In this document: in pieces, positions 23,882 to 36,744 of the stretch
Layout of the letters: each line of letters starts with the position of its first letter
How positions within the stretch are numbered: the first letter of the stretch is position 1
The notes under the pieces: generated by a model
The model's database searches: none
What the model was told of the DNA's origin: nothing
Seen by the model: only the letters and a program-made list of their open reading frames with translations
Source: Okamejei kenojei
Lineage: Eukaryota
DNA: 64,000 nucleotides
Direction of reading: 5' to 3'
Assembly (NCBI GenBank): GCA_035221665.1
Contig: CM069163.1
Location: forward strand, 16,554,001-16,618,000
Translations under genes and position numbers: made by a program

Positions 23882-26800
23882 TCCAGATACCCAATTGCCT
23901 CCAAGGCACATCTAGGAAGAAAAGTGTTAAGTATAAGCCTTCTGAAGTTGATCAACACGATAATGTGGTGGCAGGTCCTTGCACGATATAATTGTCTTAT
24001 GTGGGCAGATCAGATTAAATCCTTCTCAAGAAAGATCTGAGAAATGTTTTGATAAACGGCAAGGTCATAAGGCATGCCCAGCTTTGTCAGCTATCAGAGC
24101 TGTTGAGATTCCCTAATGCCTCTGAATGATCCTACCATAAATAATCTTCAAAACTTTAAAGCTACTAAAATTATGAATAATGTAAAATTGTCACCTCATG
24201 ACCATTAAAATATACAAATAATTTGAAAATAGTACAGCAAACCCTGAAAATTGAGCAAGTATAATATCCGTTTCTCTTACTTTCCTTCCTCCCAGCCGGA
24301 ACCTCTGCATTGAGATGCATGGGCTTAAGCTTTCAATCCCAGGATTAACCTGGGACAGATGCCATAAACAGATATCTCAGTTTAAATAATAGAAAATTCC
24401 AATCACTTTGTGCACCTCCGTTTTGTCTAAATAGACTCCCAGGGCAAAGGGCAGTGTCAGATTTACCAGCATTGCCTGTCGCCATGGGTGGGAAGTACAT
24501 GTTCGGATACACAAGGGCCAAAGTCCAAAACTCACTAGCTTCAATGAGTATTAGTGCTAAGAGTTCACTGTGAACCAGCTGTAAAAGCCAGCAGGTTCTG
24601 AGTCTGTGTTTCTATACTTAGGATAAGTTAAATCCAGCGTTCATAAAAATAAGATGGTCCCTAATGAAGCCAAAAGCAAATTCAGGAAAAAACGTCTTGG
24701 GTCGTAGACTCGGTTGAATGTGGAAGTGCCACAACATGATGCAGCAGAGACCAATAGTTCAGATGCATATAAATAAAAGCCTGACAAGTATAAGGAGGAG
24801 AGAGGTAAGTGGACAGGGTGGGAGGAGGCTAGTATGGAGTATGAACTCTGGACATGGCCAATGGGGTTGAATAACCTCTTGATGTTATAGACTCAATGTG
24901 AATTAAAAATTGCTAATGTCAATGTTATCAAGTACCAATTTTCAATCGATGCATGTGCTCCAGAAATCAGGATCCGTTCAAGAGTGGTTAACCTTTACTT
25001 TGTTATATTATTTTAATGTCAAGAATGGTGTCTATGGAGCTTCCAGGTCCCGAGTAGCAAGGGGATTACACAAATGTGGCACAGAATAACTTAGCTTTCG
25101 TTTTGTGACTTTGCATTCCTGATATGGAGCTTTGATTTCTGATTTGCAAGGTTTCTGCCGGAACAGCAAGGATGGGACATTATTTCCTAAAGGTAATATA
25201 GATTAAAAGCAAGGATAAAGCTGCTGTAATGCTGGCCACATGTCACTCTAATAATTACTGCTGGACAAAATCAGAAGCGGATGAGTAATTATATTTGTTA
25301 TTCTCAGGGCAGTGTACTAACAGGAAGAGGGTTAAATAAGATAGGAAAAATGTTTTATAAATTACATAAACTGTTTGATAAATATGTCATATACAGCAAG
25401 AGGCACAAGAATACAATGTTCTATCACAGAAGTTTCACAATTTGACGTGGTTACACTTTTGGCCACAGTTTACACTATCACTTTACCTTTATAAACAAAT
25501 CAGAAGATGGACAGACAACAACTTCTATGAAGATATTGTCCATTTGGAATGCAGCATGGATATGTACTTATCAATGGAAAAATGTACAGTAACCACAAAG
25601 GAATCAGGATGTTCAGCATTAATGCTACAATTACAGATTTACCTTCTGCACTGTTTATAACGGATTGTAAATATGTCCTTTTTACACTGTAATACAATTA
25701 AATGAAGCTTCCATCACTTATTTTTTGCTGTTTTGTTTGTCATGAATAAAAACTGTATTGCTCTTGTTTGTCAATGTCAATGTCAATGCCAACGGAAAAC
25801 CTTCATAGGTCAGTTGGTGCAAATTTACATTGTTTAACTCGTGGGGCAAGTGAGTCTTTCAGTCATTGAACCCACCACTGTCTGAACTGCATGCAAACTC
25901 TACCGTATGTGTTAATGCTGCTGCTGCTGAAGATTCACTCAAAGCCACGTCTTCCATTGGCACACACTGCCTCAGGTGAAGTTTGTTACCAGGGGTATGT
26001 CAGCTGCAAATGTATGGTACGGCATGCCAAGGTGGGTGGCCATGCTGTTTTTGCACAAAGCATATTTTTTCCAATATAAATGCAGTTTGAAAATGATATT
26101 GCTAAACTATCACTTTAATTTATGTTAAATCTCCCTTCCACACCAAATAATTTGGCAGTTACTTTCACGTTAATAATGCAATTTCCTTTCAAATACTTGC
26201 CATTATTAAATGTGCTCAGGAATACTCAACATTAAGATTGAATTTTGAGAAAAGCTGAAACAATTGTGATGTTAAAAAGTACACGGCCCAAGTATGCAAA
26301 CAGGGGTTCAACCAATCTAGATAGGACCACACCTACAGTCTATTTGGTTGATCTGCTACCTCTGGTTACTGCACAGTGCAGCAATTAAAGAGTGGTTGCT
26401 TCATTAAATGTAATAGGTCTGAATGAATCAGCGTACGACAAAGCCCGGTGTGATGCAGAAGAAAGCATGGGACTAATCCATGCCCTGAATGAAAATCGTT
26501 AATTTGATGGTTTAGTTATGGTTTGCTGACAGGGTAGTAATAGGGACACCACAATTGAATACGGACACCTCAGGCTCTCAAGGTTGGACAGTGGGACATG
26601 AATAAAGTAGGCCAAGAGGTCTGAAGAGATGATTGGAGGGGGACAGTGTTAAGGAGATGAAATGGTTGGGGAAATGCTGAAGGGAGTGGGAGATGGCAAG
26701 AAATCTAAGGTGCCAAGAGGACATCGGATGTAAGAGCTGGAAATGGGATGCTCACTTGGTACTAGCGTACATATGGACCAAAGCTTAGCACAGACTGACT

Positions 26801-27040
26801 CCTTGGACTTGCCAGTGCAGCAGTAGGTTTGTCCATTTAACAAAGTACTAGACGAAGTGGAACCTGTTGGGTCCCACTCACACGGGAGGGCTGGTCCCCC
26901 AACGCAATATTCTACCTCTCCACCAATTCCAATATTGGTGGCCAGTGGGGGGCATTTTGGAGCACTAGTGTGGGTATTGTGGGCCGAAGGGACAGGTTTC
27001 CAGAGGGCTTGTATGGGCGTAGTGGGCTGAATGGATTCTT

Positions 27041-27166
27041 GGACTCACAGTTCAGTCAGTCACGGCTGGTGGGCTCACAGTTCAGTCACTCATGGCTGGT
27101 GGACTCGCAGTTCACTCACTCACGGTTGGTGGGCTCGCAGTTCACTCACTCACGGCTGGTGGGCTC
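27041..27166 (+). repeat. 30-bp minisatellite (about 4 copies) inside the Helitron
   Basis: ggactcacagttcagtcactcacggctggt unit. Confidence 0.9.
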
Positions 27167-27169
27167 AAA

Positions 27170-27752
27170 CAGATACACACACATACACCCTCCATCACAC
27201 ACACACACACAATCCATCACAGACACACACCCTCCATCACAAACACACTCCATCTCTCACACACACCCCTCCATCTCACACACACCCTCCATCTCACACA
27301 CACACCCTCCATCTCACACACACTCACACCCACACACACACACACCATCACACACACGCTCCATCTCTCACACACACACCCTCCATCTCACACACACACA
27401 CCCTCCATCTCACACACACACCCTCCATCTCACACACACACACACCCTCCATCTCATACACACTCACACCCACACACACACACACACACACCCTCCATCT
27501 CACACACACACACCCTCCATCTCACACACACACCCTCCATCTCACACACACACACACACACACACACCCTCCATCTCACATACACTCACACCCACACACA
27601 CACACCCACACACACACACACACCCTCCATCACACACACCCTCCATCACACACACTCACACACCCTCCATCACACACACACCCTCCATCACACACCCTCC
27701 ATCACACACACCCTCCATCTATCACACACTCACACCCTCCATTACACACACA
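27170..27752 (+). repeat. Compound (CA)n/ccctccatct minisatellite inside the Helitron
   Basis: Repeated ccctccatc(t)cacacaca units; source of the spurious His/Thr-rich ORFs. Confidence 0.95.
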
Positions 27753-27801
27753 TCTGGGACATATATATTACAGTACAAATTTTGTGAATCTACTCACGTC
27801 C

Positions 27802-28130
27802 GACTTCTGGAATGAGCGCGACCTCTGTACTGAGCGGGACTTCAGGAATGAGTGGGACCTCTGTACTGAGCAGGACTTCCAGAATACGCGTGACCTCTGG
27901 ACTTGGCGGGACTTCTGGAATGAGCGTGACCTCTGGACTCAGCGGGACTTCCGGAATGAGTGTGACCTCTGGACAGCAGGACTTCTGGAATGAGCGCGAC
28001 CTCTGGACTCAGCCACGGCTGGTGGACTCACAGATCAGTCAGCACGGCATAGACTCACAGTTCAGTCAGCACGGATTAGACTCACAGTTCAGTCAGCATG
28101 GACGGCCTGTAGACTCACAGTTCTGGACTC
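27802..28130 (+). repeat. 36-bp minisatellite (about 6 copies) followed by roughly 27-bp units, inside the Helitron
   Basis: gacttctggaatgagcgcgacctctggactcagcgg, then gactcacagttcagtcagcacgg(c/a)ta. Confidence 0.9.
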
Positions 28131-28404
28131 AACTCTCACTCACTGCTTCCGGGGTGACTGACTCATGACCGGCCACTGGGGCTTTACTCTCCTGGCCCCT
28201 GGAAGGGGTGTTACCTTCATGGTGACAGACAGGCGAGAAGACCAATCTGCCGATCTCATGATTATTTTAAATCTTCATAACATTTCTATTATTTCACCGA
28301 TCTGAACAAAACGGGGCGCTTGAAGCGAAGGGGAACGGTGAGTAAGGTGGCGAATAAAATCATAGCAATATAGGGTAGCATTTTTGTGAAAACTTATTTA
28401 CAGC

Positions 28405-28812
28405 ATAGACCTCATAGCATAGAGGTGATCTATCACAGTCGCTGCCTCAAAAAGGCTGGCAGCATCATCAAGGACCCACACCATCCTGGCCACACACTCA
28501 TCTCCCTGCTACCTTCAGGTAGAAGGTACAGGAGCCTGAGGACTGCAAAGACCAGGTTCAGGAACAGCTACTTCCCCCCAGCCATCAGGCTATTAAACTT
28601 GGCTCAGACAAAACTCTGAACATTAATACCCCTTTATCTGTTATTTGCACTTTATCAATTTAATTTATTCATTCACGTGTGTATTTACGTATATAATGGT
28701 ATATGGGCACACTGATCTGTTTTGTAGTCAATGCCAACTGTTGTGCTAAGCAAATACATAATTTCATTGTCCTGTCAGCGACACATGACAATAAACTCTT
28801 TTGACTTGACTT
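28405..28812 (+). mobile_element. Rex1/Babar LINE 3' fragment nested in the Helitron
   Basis: YHSRCLKKAGSIIKDPHHPGHTLISLLPSGRRYRSL...RFRNSYFPPAIRLLN; ends gacaataaactc...(ttgac)n. Confidence 0.88.
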
Positions 28813-29358
28813 TGAGTTTTTTTGACCGGAAAATGAGAGTTTTAGTAATAGTATAGATATAGATTTCCTTGTGTCATTTAACCAATGGTTTCATCCAGTG
28901 GCAGCAGTTGGCTTGTGCCACATAACAAATTAATCAACCCAATGTCATTTGCAAGTCTCATAGGCAAAGCAGAACTTTTGACTAATGTCCTCAGTTGAGT
29001 ATCATACTATTTGATACCACTGCTCATGGCTCCTGTCAAGCACTCAGGGAAAATATCCTGATGCAGTCAGTCTGTATGAAGTACATAGTGTAATTAGATA
29101 TTTCATATAATTCAACAATGCTGCACATAATATCAATATACTTCACAAGAGAATTTCTTACAATTGTAGATATATAAAATCACTAATTTCAGTCCCTTTC
29201 CTACTAAACTAGGAAATGCAGCAAAAATTTATAAAAGAATGAAGACAAAACTACTAGATCACGGAAGTAAATTAAATCAATGACTGTACTTCAAATGATG
29301 ATTTGATGCTCTCTTACCATTCAACATGGTCTAATCTGGTTCTCATACTGATGATGTT

Positions 29359-29415
29359 AATCTCAAATATGTATGACAAATCTCAAATATGTATGACAAA
29401 TCTCAAATATGTATG
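29359..29415 (+). repeat. 20-bp tandem repeat, nearly 3 copies
   Basis: aatctcaaatatgtatgaca repeated exactly. Confidence 0.95.
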
Positions 29416-30777
29416 TCTGTTGCTCAGACATCAGCCTAGATCTCCAAGGTACAATAGTATTCAAAAATTGATAGCTAACATACACAAAGATAAAGAATGG
29501 AAGAGGAGTCACTCAGCCACTCACATGATTCTCCTAAATTGCTGTGATTAAATTTGCACCTAGTTCATTATTGCATTCAGAAAAAATTATCTCTAGAAAA
29601 GTAAAGAATAAGGAAATGTGCAGGACGTACATATCCGACCCAATGTTTTGATTCAACTAGGAAGAAGAGGCTCAGAGGAGATTTAGTTCTGGGTGAGAAC
29701 ATGGTCTGAGAACAAGGGATGTCTGAAGAAGGGTCAAAGATTTAAAGTAGGGCCTGAAAAAAGTTCCTGACCCCTAACATCTTCCGTCCAGTCCCTCCAT
29801 AGATGCTGCCTGACATGCTAAGTTCCTCCAGTTCAAAATTGTGTATTTAGAGCATGAATGATAACCTGCTCTCTCCTGAAAACTGGGAGTACTTACCCAG
29901 GACTGCTTCTACCAATCATCCAGATCTTCATGGCCTACATCTTTTCAGGCATCAAAGGACATAGGAGTCCAATATTTTACTTTTCATAAGAAACAATTTT
30001 TGATGGTTGCCAAGTCCGTTCAGAGTACAATAGATCATAGTCAGTAACGGACAAGCCCTTTAACAGACAGAATTCTATATTTAGATTTGAAAAATGGCTT
30101 TAGATGCCGTTAACCTAGATTTCCGATATGATAGAAAATATATCTATGTGTTTAAAACTTAATTCATACTAATCTAGCAGTCTGAAATTACAAAATCAAA
30201 GCAGATGCAATGGATTCTAAAATATGTCAAGAATAAACAGAGGAAAGGTTGATCAAAGGTTTGTCACAGCTGACAGAAATCTGTTTTACTGAGAGCCTTT
30301 GCGTGACCAAAACTGGCACTCAGTCGATCTCTTTCCAAATAAAGCACCGATCAATGGACAGAGAGGTAAAATGACAAATGTTCCTGCTGTGTGGACTAGT
30401 TCTGGGAAAACAAAAACTGCTTCTTTTGTTAGACCTCGTTCCAGTCAGTTAATGGTGCTGCAATTTGAAGAAACAATGTTGTTAACTTTGGATCAGCTGC
30501 TAGCACTCTCACCCGTGAGTCTGAAAGTTTTCAGTTTAAGTCCCTCTCCAGTGAATTAAGCACAAGAAGTTGACCTGTTGTTCGGTTGACAGAGGTGTGG
30601 CCTTTTAACTGAGATGTTATATTGAGATGTTATATGGAATCCATTTATAACTGTTATACACAACAGGTATTCCTATGTTCCTGTGGAAACAGTGGCTGTA
30701 TTTGAGAATTCATACTGTTGTTCATACCGGTTGGGTTGCAAGGCTGTATAGTTTTCCGAGCCATCGGATGAGATCAT

Positions 30778-31070
30778 AGTTTATTTTAGTTTAGAGATGC
30801 AGTGCGGAAACAGGCCCTTTGGTCCACCGAGTCTGCTCCGACCAGCGATCCCCGTACGTTAACACAATCCTACACACATTGGGGACAATTTACCAAGGGG
30901 ACTTATACCAAGTATACAAACTCAAGCCAATTAATCTACAAACCTGTATGCCTTGGAGTGTAGGAGGAAACCAAAAATCTCGGAGCAAACCCATGCGTTC
31001 ACGGAGAGAACATTCAAACTCCGTATAGACAGCACCCAGAGTCGGGATCAAACCCGGGTCTCTGGTGCTG
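30778..31070 (-). mobile_element. HE1/V-SINE-like SINE
   Basis: tttagtttagagatgcag...gaaacaggccc tail through gggatcaaacccgggtctctggtgctg head. Confidence 0.8.
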
Positions 31071-31071
31071 C

Positions 31072-31617
31072 AAGCACAGGCAAACTGGAAAAACAACACC
31101 TCATATTTCACTTGAATAACTTACAACCCAATGGTGTGAACAACGGTATGAATTCTCGAATTTTGGGTAACTACATAACTCTGCTCCTCTCCCTTCTTCT
31201 CCCACCTAAAACCCCCACTTTCCCCCCTCCACCGTGACCCACCTGGACTCGCAACTATTTTCCCCTCCCCCTCCCCCTCCCCCTCCCCCTACATTCCTTT
31301 CCCTTGCTTCACAATTCACAACCTTCAATCCCTTTGTCTCACATCTTCTGTCTTTTCATCTCCAGCCTTTGTCCAACCATCTGCCTATCAAAAACCCCTC
31401 CTCACCTGTATCAGCTTGTTACCTGCCAAGCTTTGTCCTGCCCCTCATCACTTCCAGCTCTCTCTCCGCCCCCCCCCCCCCCCCGCTACAATCAGTCTGA
31501 AGAAGGGACCTGACCTGAAACTTCCCCTATCCATTTTCTCCAGAGATACTGCCTTATCCGCTGAGTTACTCCAGCACTTTTGTTTATAATCCAGCAACTG
31601 CAGTTCCTTGTTTCTAC
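31072..31617 (+). mobile_element. Penelope-like retroelement 3' end (GIY-YIG C-terminus plus pLTR with degenerate hammerhead)
   Basis: KLEKQHLIFHLNNLQPNGVN resembles the KLEEQHLIFRLG.LQP.G.N C-terminus of Penelope-type endonucleases; C-rich UTR; CTGAAGA...GAAA at 31497-31520; gctgagttactccagc tail. Confidence 0.8.
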
Positions 31618-32214
31618 TCGCTTTCTGCACTCAGGCAGCTGATTTCATTTGTTTTCATTGCGAAACATATCAATAGGCCTGGAGAAGTGTGCTAGCTTGT
31701 TTTGAAGGATGAGAACAAACTTGTGCAAGACCATCTTAAACACTCTTCAGCCCTCCTAGGAATTCACTCAATCCCTTTAAAAGCATAGGAAGGCTCCCGC
31801 TAAGTTTGAAAATTGCCATTGGAACCAGACAGCGAGTGTAAATAGAATACTCCTTGCCTTGTTCCTATAAAGCATTAATACATTGATTTTATGCTGTCTA
31901 AAAGGCTTTATAATCAATGCAATTCTCCTGAAGTCTAGCAAATGTTGCAATGTTAGAAAGGCTACATGTGGTGCCAACCATATAGGTAGAGTGAAGATAA
32001 TTAGATAATTCCTCAGCTCTGAGCAGCTGCCTAAGAAGAAAACTATTCCACACAAACTGCATTTTTTCTAGAGAAATTACCTGTCTTTCATTAGGAGGTT
32101 GCTACAAATTGTATTTCTTCTGCTCTTTAAAACAACTTTGTTTTCTGGGAAAACTAAATTGGTTTGCTGCGGATCCAACTCAAGGCTGAATGGTGTCATC
32201 AACTCACTGTGGGG

Positions 32215-32505
32215 AAAATCACAGCAGCCAATTTACACACATAAAGTACCCAAAACAACAATTCCATAATGATTATATCACCTGCTCTTGCTGATGTAGG
32301 CTGAGGGATTAGTATTGACCAAGCCAGAGAAATTCTGCTATTCTATTTGAACAGTGGCACAAGATTTTTTACATCCACTTGAGAGGAGACGTGAAGACTT
32401 GGTGTAAAAGCTCTTTTGAAAATCAACACCTTTGGCAGTGCACCAGTTCTTTAGCACTAAAGAGAATTTATGCACTCAAGACTGGAATGAAGCATATACC
32501 TGAAG
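32215..32505 (-). mobile_element. Deu-domain SINE (SacSINE1/AmnSINE1-related), old
   Basis: cagcagccaatttacacac...gctgagggattagtattgacc...gattttttacatccacttgagagg...cacctttggcagtgca follows the reverse complement of the Deu domain as recalled. Confidence 0.6.
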
Positions 32506-33169
32506 CCTTTTGTCGAGCACTACAGTGGACCACAGCCAAAAGTCAAATGCAGCATTCTGTCCCCGATTCATAGTTTGCATACACCTGTATAGGCAACAGA
32601 AACATAATAAGCAGAGACAACAGCATTTTCACAGCTTGCCTCTGCCATTCAGCAATATACCCGTGGGGCAAAGATTACAAATTAGCCTGACTTTAAGCTC
32701 CACTGATTGGTTTTAAGTGAATGGAGAAGATTAATGTTTGCTTCATCAATAGTTTTGAGCTACAAAATATCAATAAAAATAAAATTTGAAAAAAATCAAT
32801 AGTATTTCATGTAGGACAAACGTAGGACAGACAGTTCCCAAAATACTGAGCTAATAAATCTCACCTATTTTAAGTATGACAGCTCGGTTTCTGACAATGA
32901 CTGTATTACTTTGAATAATTTTTTTAAAACTCCTCTGGCTTACTTGCCCCTCATGAAATGTTTTTGGCTGCAGTGGTCCTATCTGTCCTTGGTTGGGTTA
33001 CAAGTTGTAAGTTAGAATCTCAGCACATATAGCCAAGTCACTTCCATTATTTAAAGACACCCAATACAAGATTTGTTGGACAACCCCACAAAGAAAATCT
33101 GGCTTCGAGTTTACAGGAAGTTATGTGTCTTGGCTGATGAAAAATTCCATCCCAGTGTGGGTTGGCTGA

Positions 33170-33358
33170 ACAGTCTGAAAAAGGGACCTGTCCTGAAACG
33201 TCATTTGTCCATTCCCTTCACAGATGTTGTCTGACCCGCTGAGTTTGTCCAGCAGTTTGTGTTCTACTCAAGATTGCAGCATCAGCAGTCTGTTGCATGC
33301 TTGCATGCTCCATGACTCTATCCCAAGATTCCAGCATCTGCAGCCTCTCGTGTCTCTG
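33170..33358 (+). mobile_element. Penelope pLTR fragment with degenerate hammerhead motif
   Basis: agtCTGAAAAagggacctgtcctGAAACGTC followed by the pLTR tail. Confidence 0.7.
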
Positions 33359-36300
33359 TTTCCTTCACACAGCTGAGGGAGTCTGTGTGGTGTGTAACTT
33401 TTGGGGCCTGTGACTTTGAGTTTTGAATGGCTATGAAGCTAGGACATTCAAAAAGAAATATTAAGCAGCAGTCTCTTGAAGGTGGAATCTGCCTTTGTTA
33501 ACCTTTTCATGGGAATCTTAATACATGAAAGGAACGTCATTCAGAAAGATGCTTCAAGGCAATACTGAGGGATTGCTTTACCATCAAAGATATCATGGTT
33601 TAGATTAAATGTTAAATTAGAGATTATGTAAATAAGTGGTTGGTGGTCAATCCAGGTCGAAGGACATGCTTCATGCTGCACATCTCAATCCCAAGCCATT
33701 ATCTTAAAGAGTTCACCCAGTGTTCTGATGTTTATCTATCATCCAAGGTTATTTGACAAATTGATTCTCTATGTGAAACAATTAGAGACCTAGCCAAATA
33801 TATATTAGGTAAGATAGAAAGCGTTTTGCCCAAGGAGATAGATTTTAAGGAATCCTATAAAAGAGTCATGAGAGCTGCACTGTCAGAGCTCTGGAGCTTG
33901 GAAGAAATAAAATCTTGGATGTTTGAGAAGCCAGAATTAAAGGATAATAGGCCTGGAAGAGCAAGGGTAGATATAGGAAAGATAAAGAGGGCCATGAAAA
34001 CAAGGAAAATTATTTTAAAATTGAGAAAATGCTTATTTAGATGCTAACATTGGACCATGCATTAAATTATTTTCCTCAACTGAAAATTTAATACACATAT
34101 ACATTTTAATTCTTGTTCTCATTAATTTTAATATATTTTAAATTTTCACTACTAACAGGTTTAGCACCCTCATTTATGAAATAAATTTCATAATGGACCA
34201 TGTTGCAAGTGAAAAATGTTAACACAAATAAGATTAAGTTGTCTACGCTTCAAAGGCAATATTGCCATGATTAGAGGCACTTTTTGCCATGATTTATACG
34301 TCACACATCAGATGTATCATGTGGATTGGATATTACTACATGAAACAATTTCCTATATTTTCTGAAATTTAAAAAAAACTGCAGATACTGAAAAACTGAA
34401 ATAAAAATAATGCCTGAAAACCACAGCAGGTCAGAAACATCAGTGAAAAGAGAAACTGTTAATGTTTCAGGGCTGGGACCCTTTGATAGAATTGGGGACG
34501 AGAGAAACAAGCTGGTCCAGGTAGCATGTGTGCAAACACTCAAGCATATTTACTTGTCATTCTGGAACTTAGTTGAGTTCTTGCAATTAAGGCTTGCTTC
34601 TTGAATAATAGAAATTATTGATCAGGATGATCAATTTTCTTCCTCGTGTCTGGCCATCTTCTATATCATGTCTTTCCAGTGGTTGGCGCAGGTGAGCGCA
34701 GCGGCATTTGGTTCAGCCAGGTCATCTTCGGTACATTGTGGAGCAGGATGATAAATCAATAAGTAGATACTCAGGTTCAGTAATACTGTTTGTCTGAATG
34801 AGTACATTCAGTTCTGAGCTCATGGGAAGTTATTTTAAAGGTTTCTTTGCAAATTGGATCAAAGGTTGGTCTGTTGGATTGATGGAACATTTTGCCAAGA
34901 TTAAAATCTATACACTACGCTAAGTGTATACGTTATTTCTCAAACTGTAGTAATCATGCCCTCAAACACACTGAGTGGATAATTTTAAACTAACTCATTG
35001 GGTGGTATTAGCCGGCTCCCTGCCAAGACTGACCCAGACTGGTCAATGCAGTATGTATCAACTACAGGATGCAATGTAGTGATTCGCCAAATGATATTTC
35101 CACAGTGCAATCTCCTTTGCCAATTTCTCCTCTCCCAACTCCATCTCTACATTGAAATAAGCAAGAAGAGTGTTAGCTTGGGACCAACAGCTATCTCATA
35201 CACATCAGCCTTGACCTGGACAAATATCATTGCACCTTTGGTGTTGCCGAGAGTTTTGTCCATGTCTTGAAATGTCTAATCTAATTTTATTGTACAAGCA
35301 TTGTAATTCAAAATAAAAAGCCTACCCACCTGCCTTTCTGGGATGGTAAGGGAGAGAAAAGGGCTAAAGCTTCCTTACCAGAACTTACAGTAATTGGAGA
35401 ATAAATGCAAGTAATTGCCAAGGTCACGATAGATTATTTTTGTCAGGAGGGTGTCTGAACTGAAGCATTGGCTCTGTTACACTTTCCACAGATGCTGCCT
35501 AACCTGCCGGGTGTTTACAGCGTTTACTAATTTTGGTTTAAATTTCTAGTATCTGCTGGTTTTTTTAATTTTCATCTTGTAATCTTTAATCTAATTGGCT
35601 TGTAAATGATTAATTAATGAAGGCCAGGAACAAATTAATCAGACTGTTTAGAGACATTTTAATTTTTACATGATATATTGGTTATCATATTCTGAAAGTT
35701 TAAATCAAACTAACGACAAATAAGTGCAGTCAAGAATAACCCGTTAACAGGGAAATAGACTGCAGTGTAAATATATATGAGAAATGATAGGGCATCAACA
35801 CGAGTGCCTGACCTAAATTCTTGTCATTTTGATTTTATTCTGGCATCATAACTTCACTAATCTGTTATCCTTGCCATGTGTGATCAACTTAGAAGAAGTA
35901 AAGAGAACAAAAAGATTAGTACTTTAAATAAAGTAAACAATGGTCTGTGTAAAACAAACAGATCCAGGTTGTTTCTGTCATACAGCTGTTCCATTCTTGG
36001 AAATAAACACATTAAAACCGCATGAATATTTGCAGTTTTTAAGGCTAGGCTGGGACAGTAGTAATGGTAGACTACGTTCAGAGGAATGATCACAAATTAG
36101 TCTGGTTTCAGTAGGTGGCCGAATGCATGGGAGGGTGTGATTAATTCTAAATCTCACTTCCAACTAGTTCAAAAGATAGAGGACAGTTGTAAGAAAGCCA
36201 GATTATAACAGTAATGTATTCTGACTATATGCATATTTTGTAGCTCCAGATAAAAAGTTGAAAATACTAGCAGAGTGGTTGCAAAATATAATTCTCAACT

Positions 36301-36744
36301 TTATTACGAAGTTATGATGAAACAATTATGAACATTGAAACACAGTGGTGATGCACACATTACTTATTTGCATATACTAAAAATGACATGATATAAATAA
36401 AATTCTGATAATCTGCCATCCGATTCTTTGGAAATCCGGATGGTTTGCCATCTGGATCACCAGGTGATGTTTGCCTGCTCCCTTTCCACTCTCTGGGACC
36501 TCATTTCCCAGTGTGTCTCTTCTTACACACAGAGTGTGCAGTTCCCATGTTTCCTGTGCTGGTTCCCATGCTCCCTTTGCTCTCATTGGGCTCACTAGCA
36601 TCATACCGTGTAAAATCTAAATATAATTAATTTAAGGTTTGTTGATTTATTAATAGAAATAACACCTAATGTTCCAGAAAATCTGCGAGTCCATTTATCG
36701 CTCAAGTTGACTGGAGCAGGTTATTAGAGGGAAAAGGGACATCG

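Larger units (their letters stand above)
21480..23910 (+). repeat. Locally duplicated old CR1-like RT fragments (A B A' - B')
   Basis: About 21661-21800 matches 22216-22358, and about 21805-22192 matches 23412-23908; includes aatggaatttaatccagataagtgtgaggtattgcatttggg (MEFNPDKCEVLHLG). Confidence 0.8.
26848..28863 (-). mobile_element. Non-autonomous Helitron, both termini intact
   Basis: Minus strand: A|TCTATATCTATACTATTACTAAAACTCTC at the 5' end (28863); hairpin tgggacccaacaggttcca then cttcgtCTAG|T at the 3' end (26848). Inserted between A and T with no TSD. Confidence 0.8.

Noticed and set aside
27802-28011. 36-bp repeats as a possible CRISPR array
   Set aside because: Units are directly adjacent with no unique spacers, there are no cas genes, and the context is vertebrate.
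26970-28168. Long His/Thr/Pro-rich and periodic ORFs (231-320 aa)
   Set aside because: Open in all three frames because the CA-rich minisatellites lack stop codons; they lie inside a Helitron.
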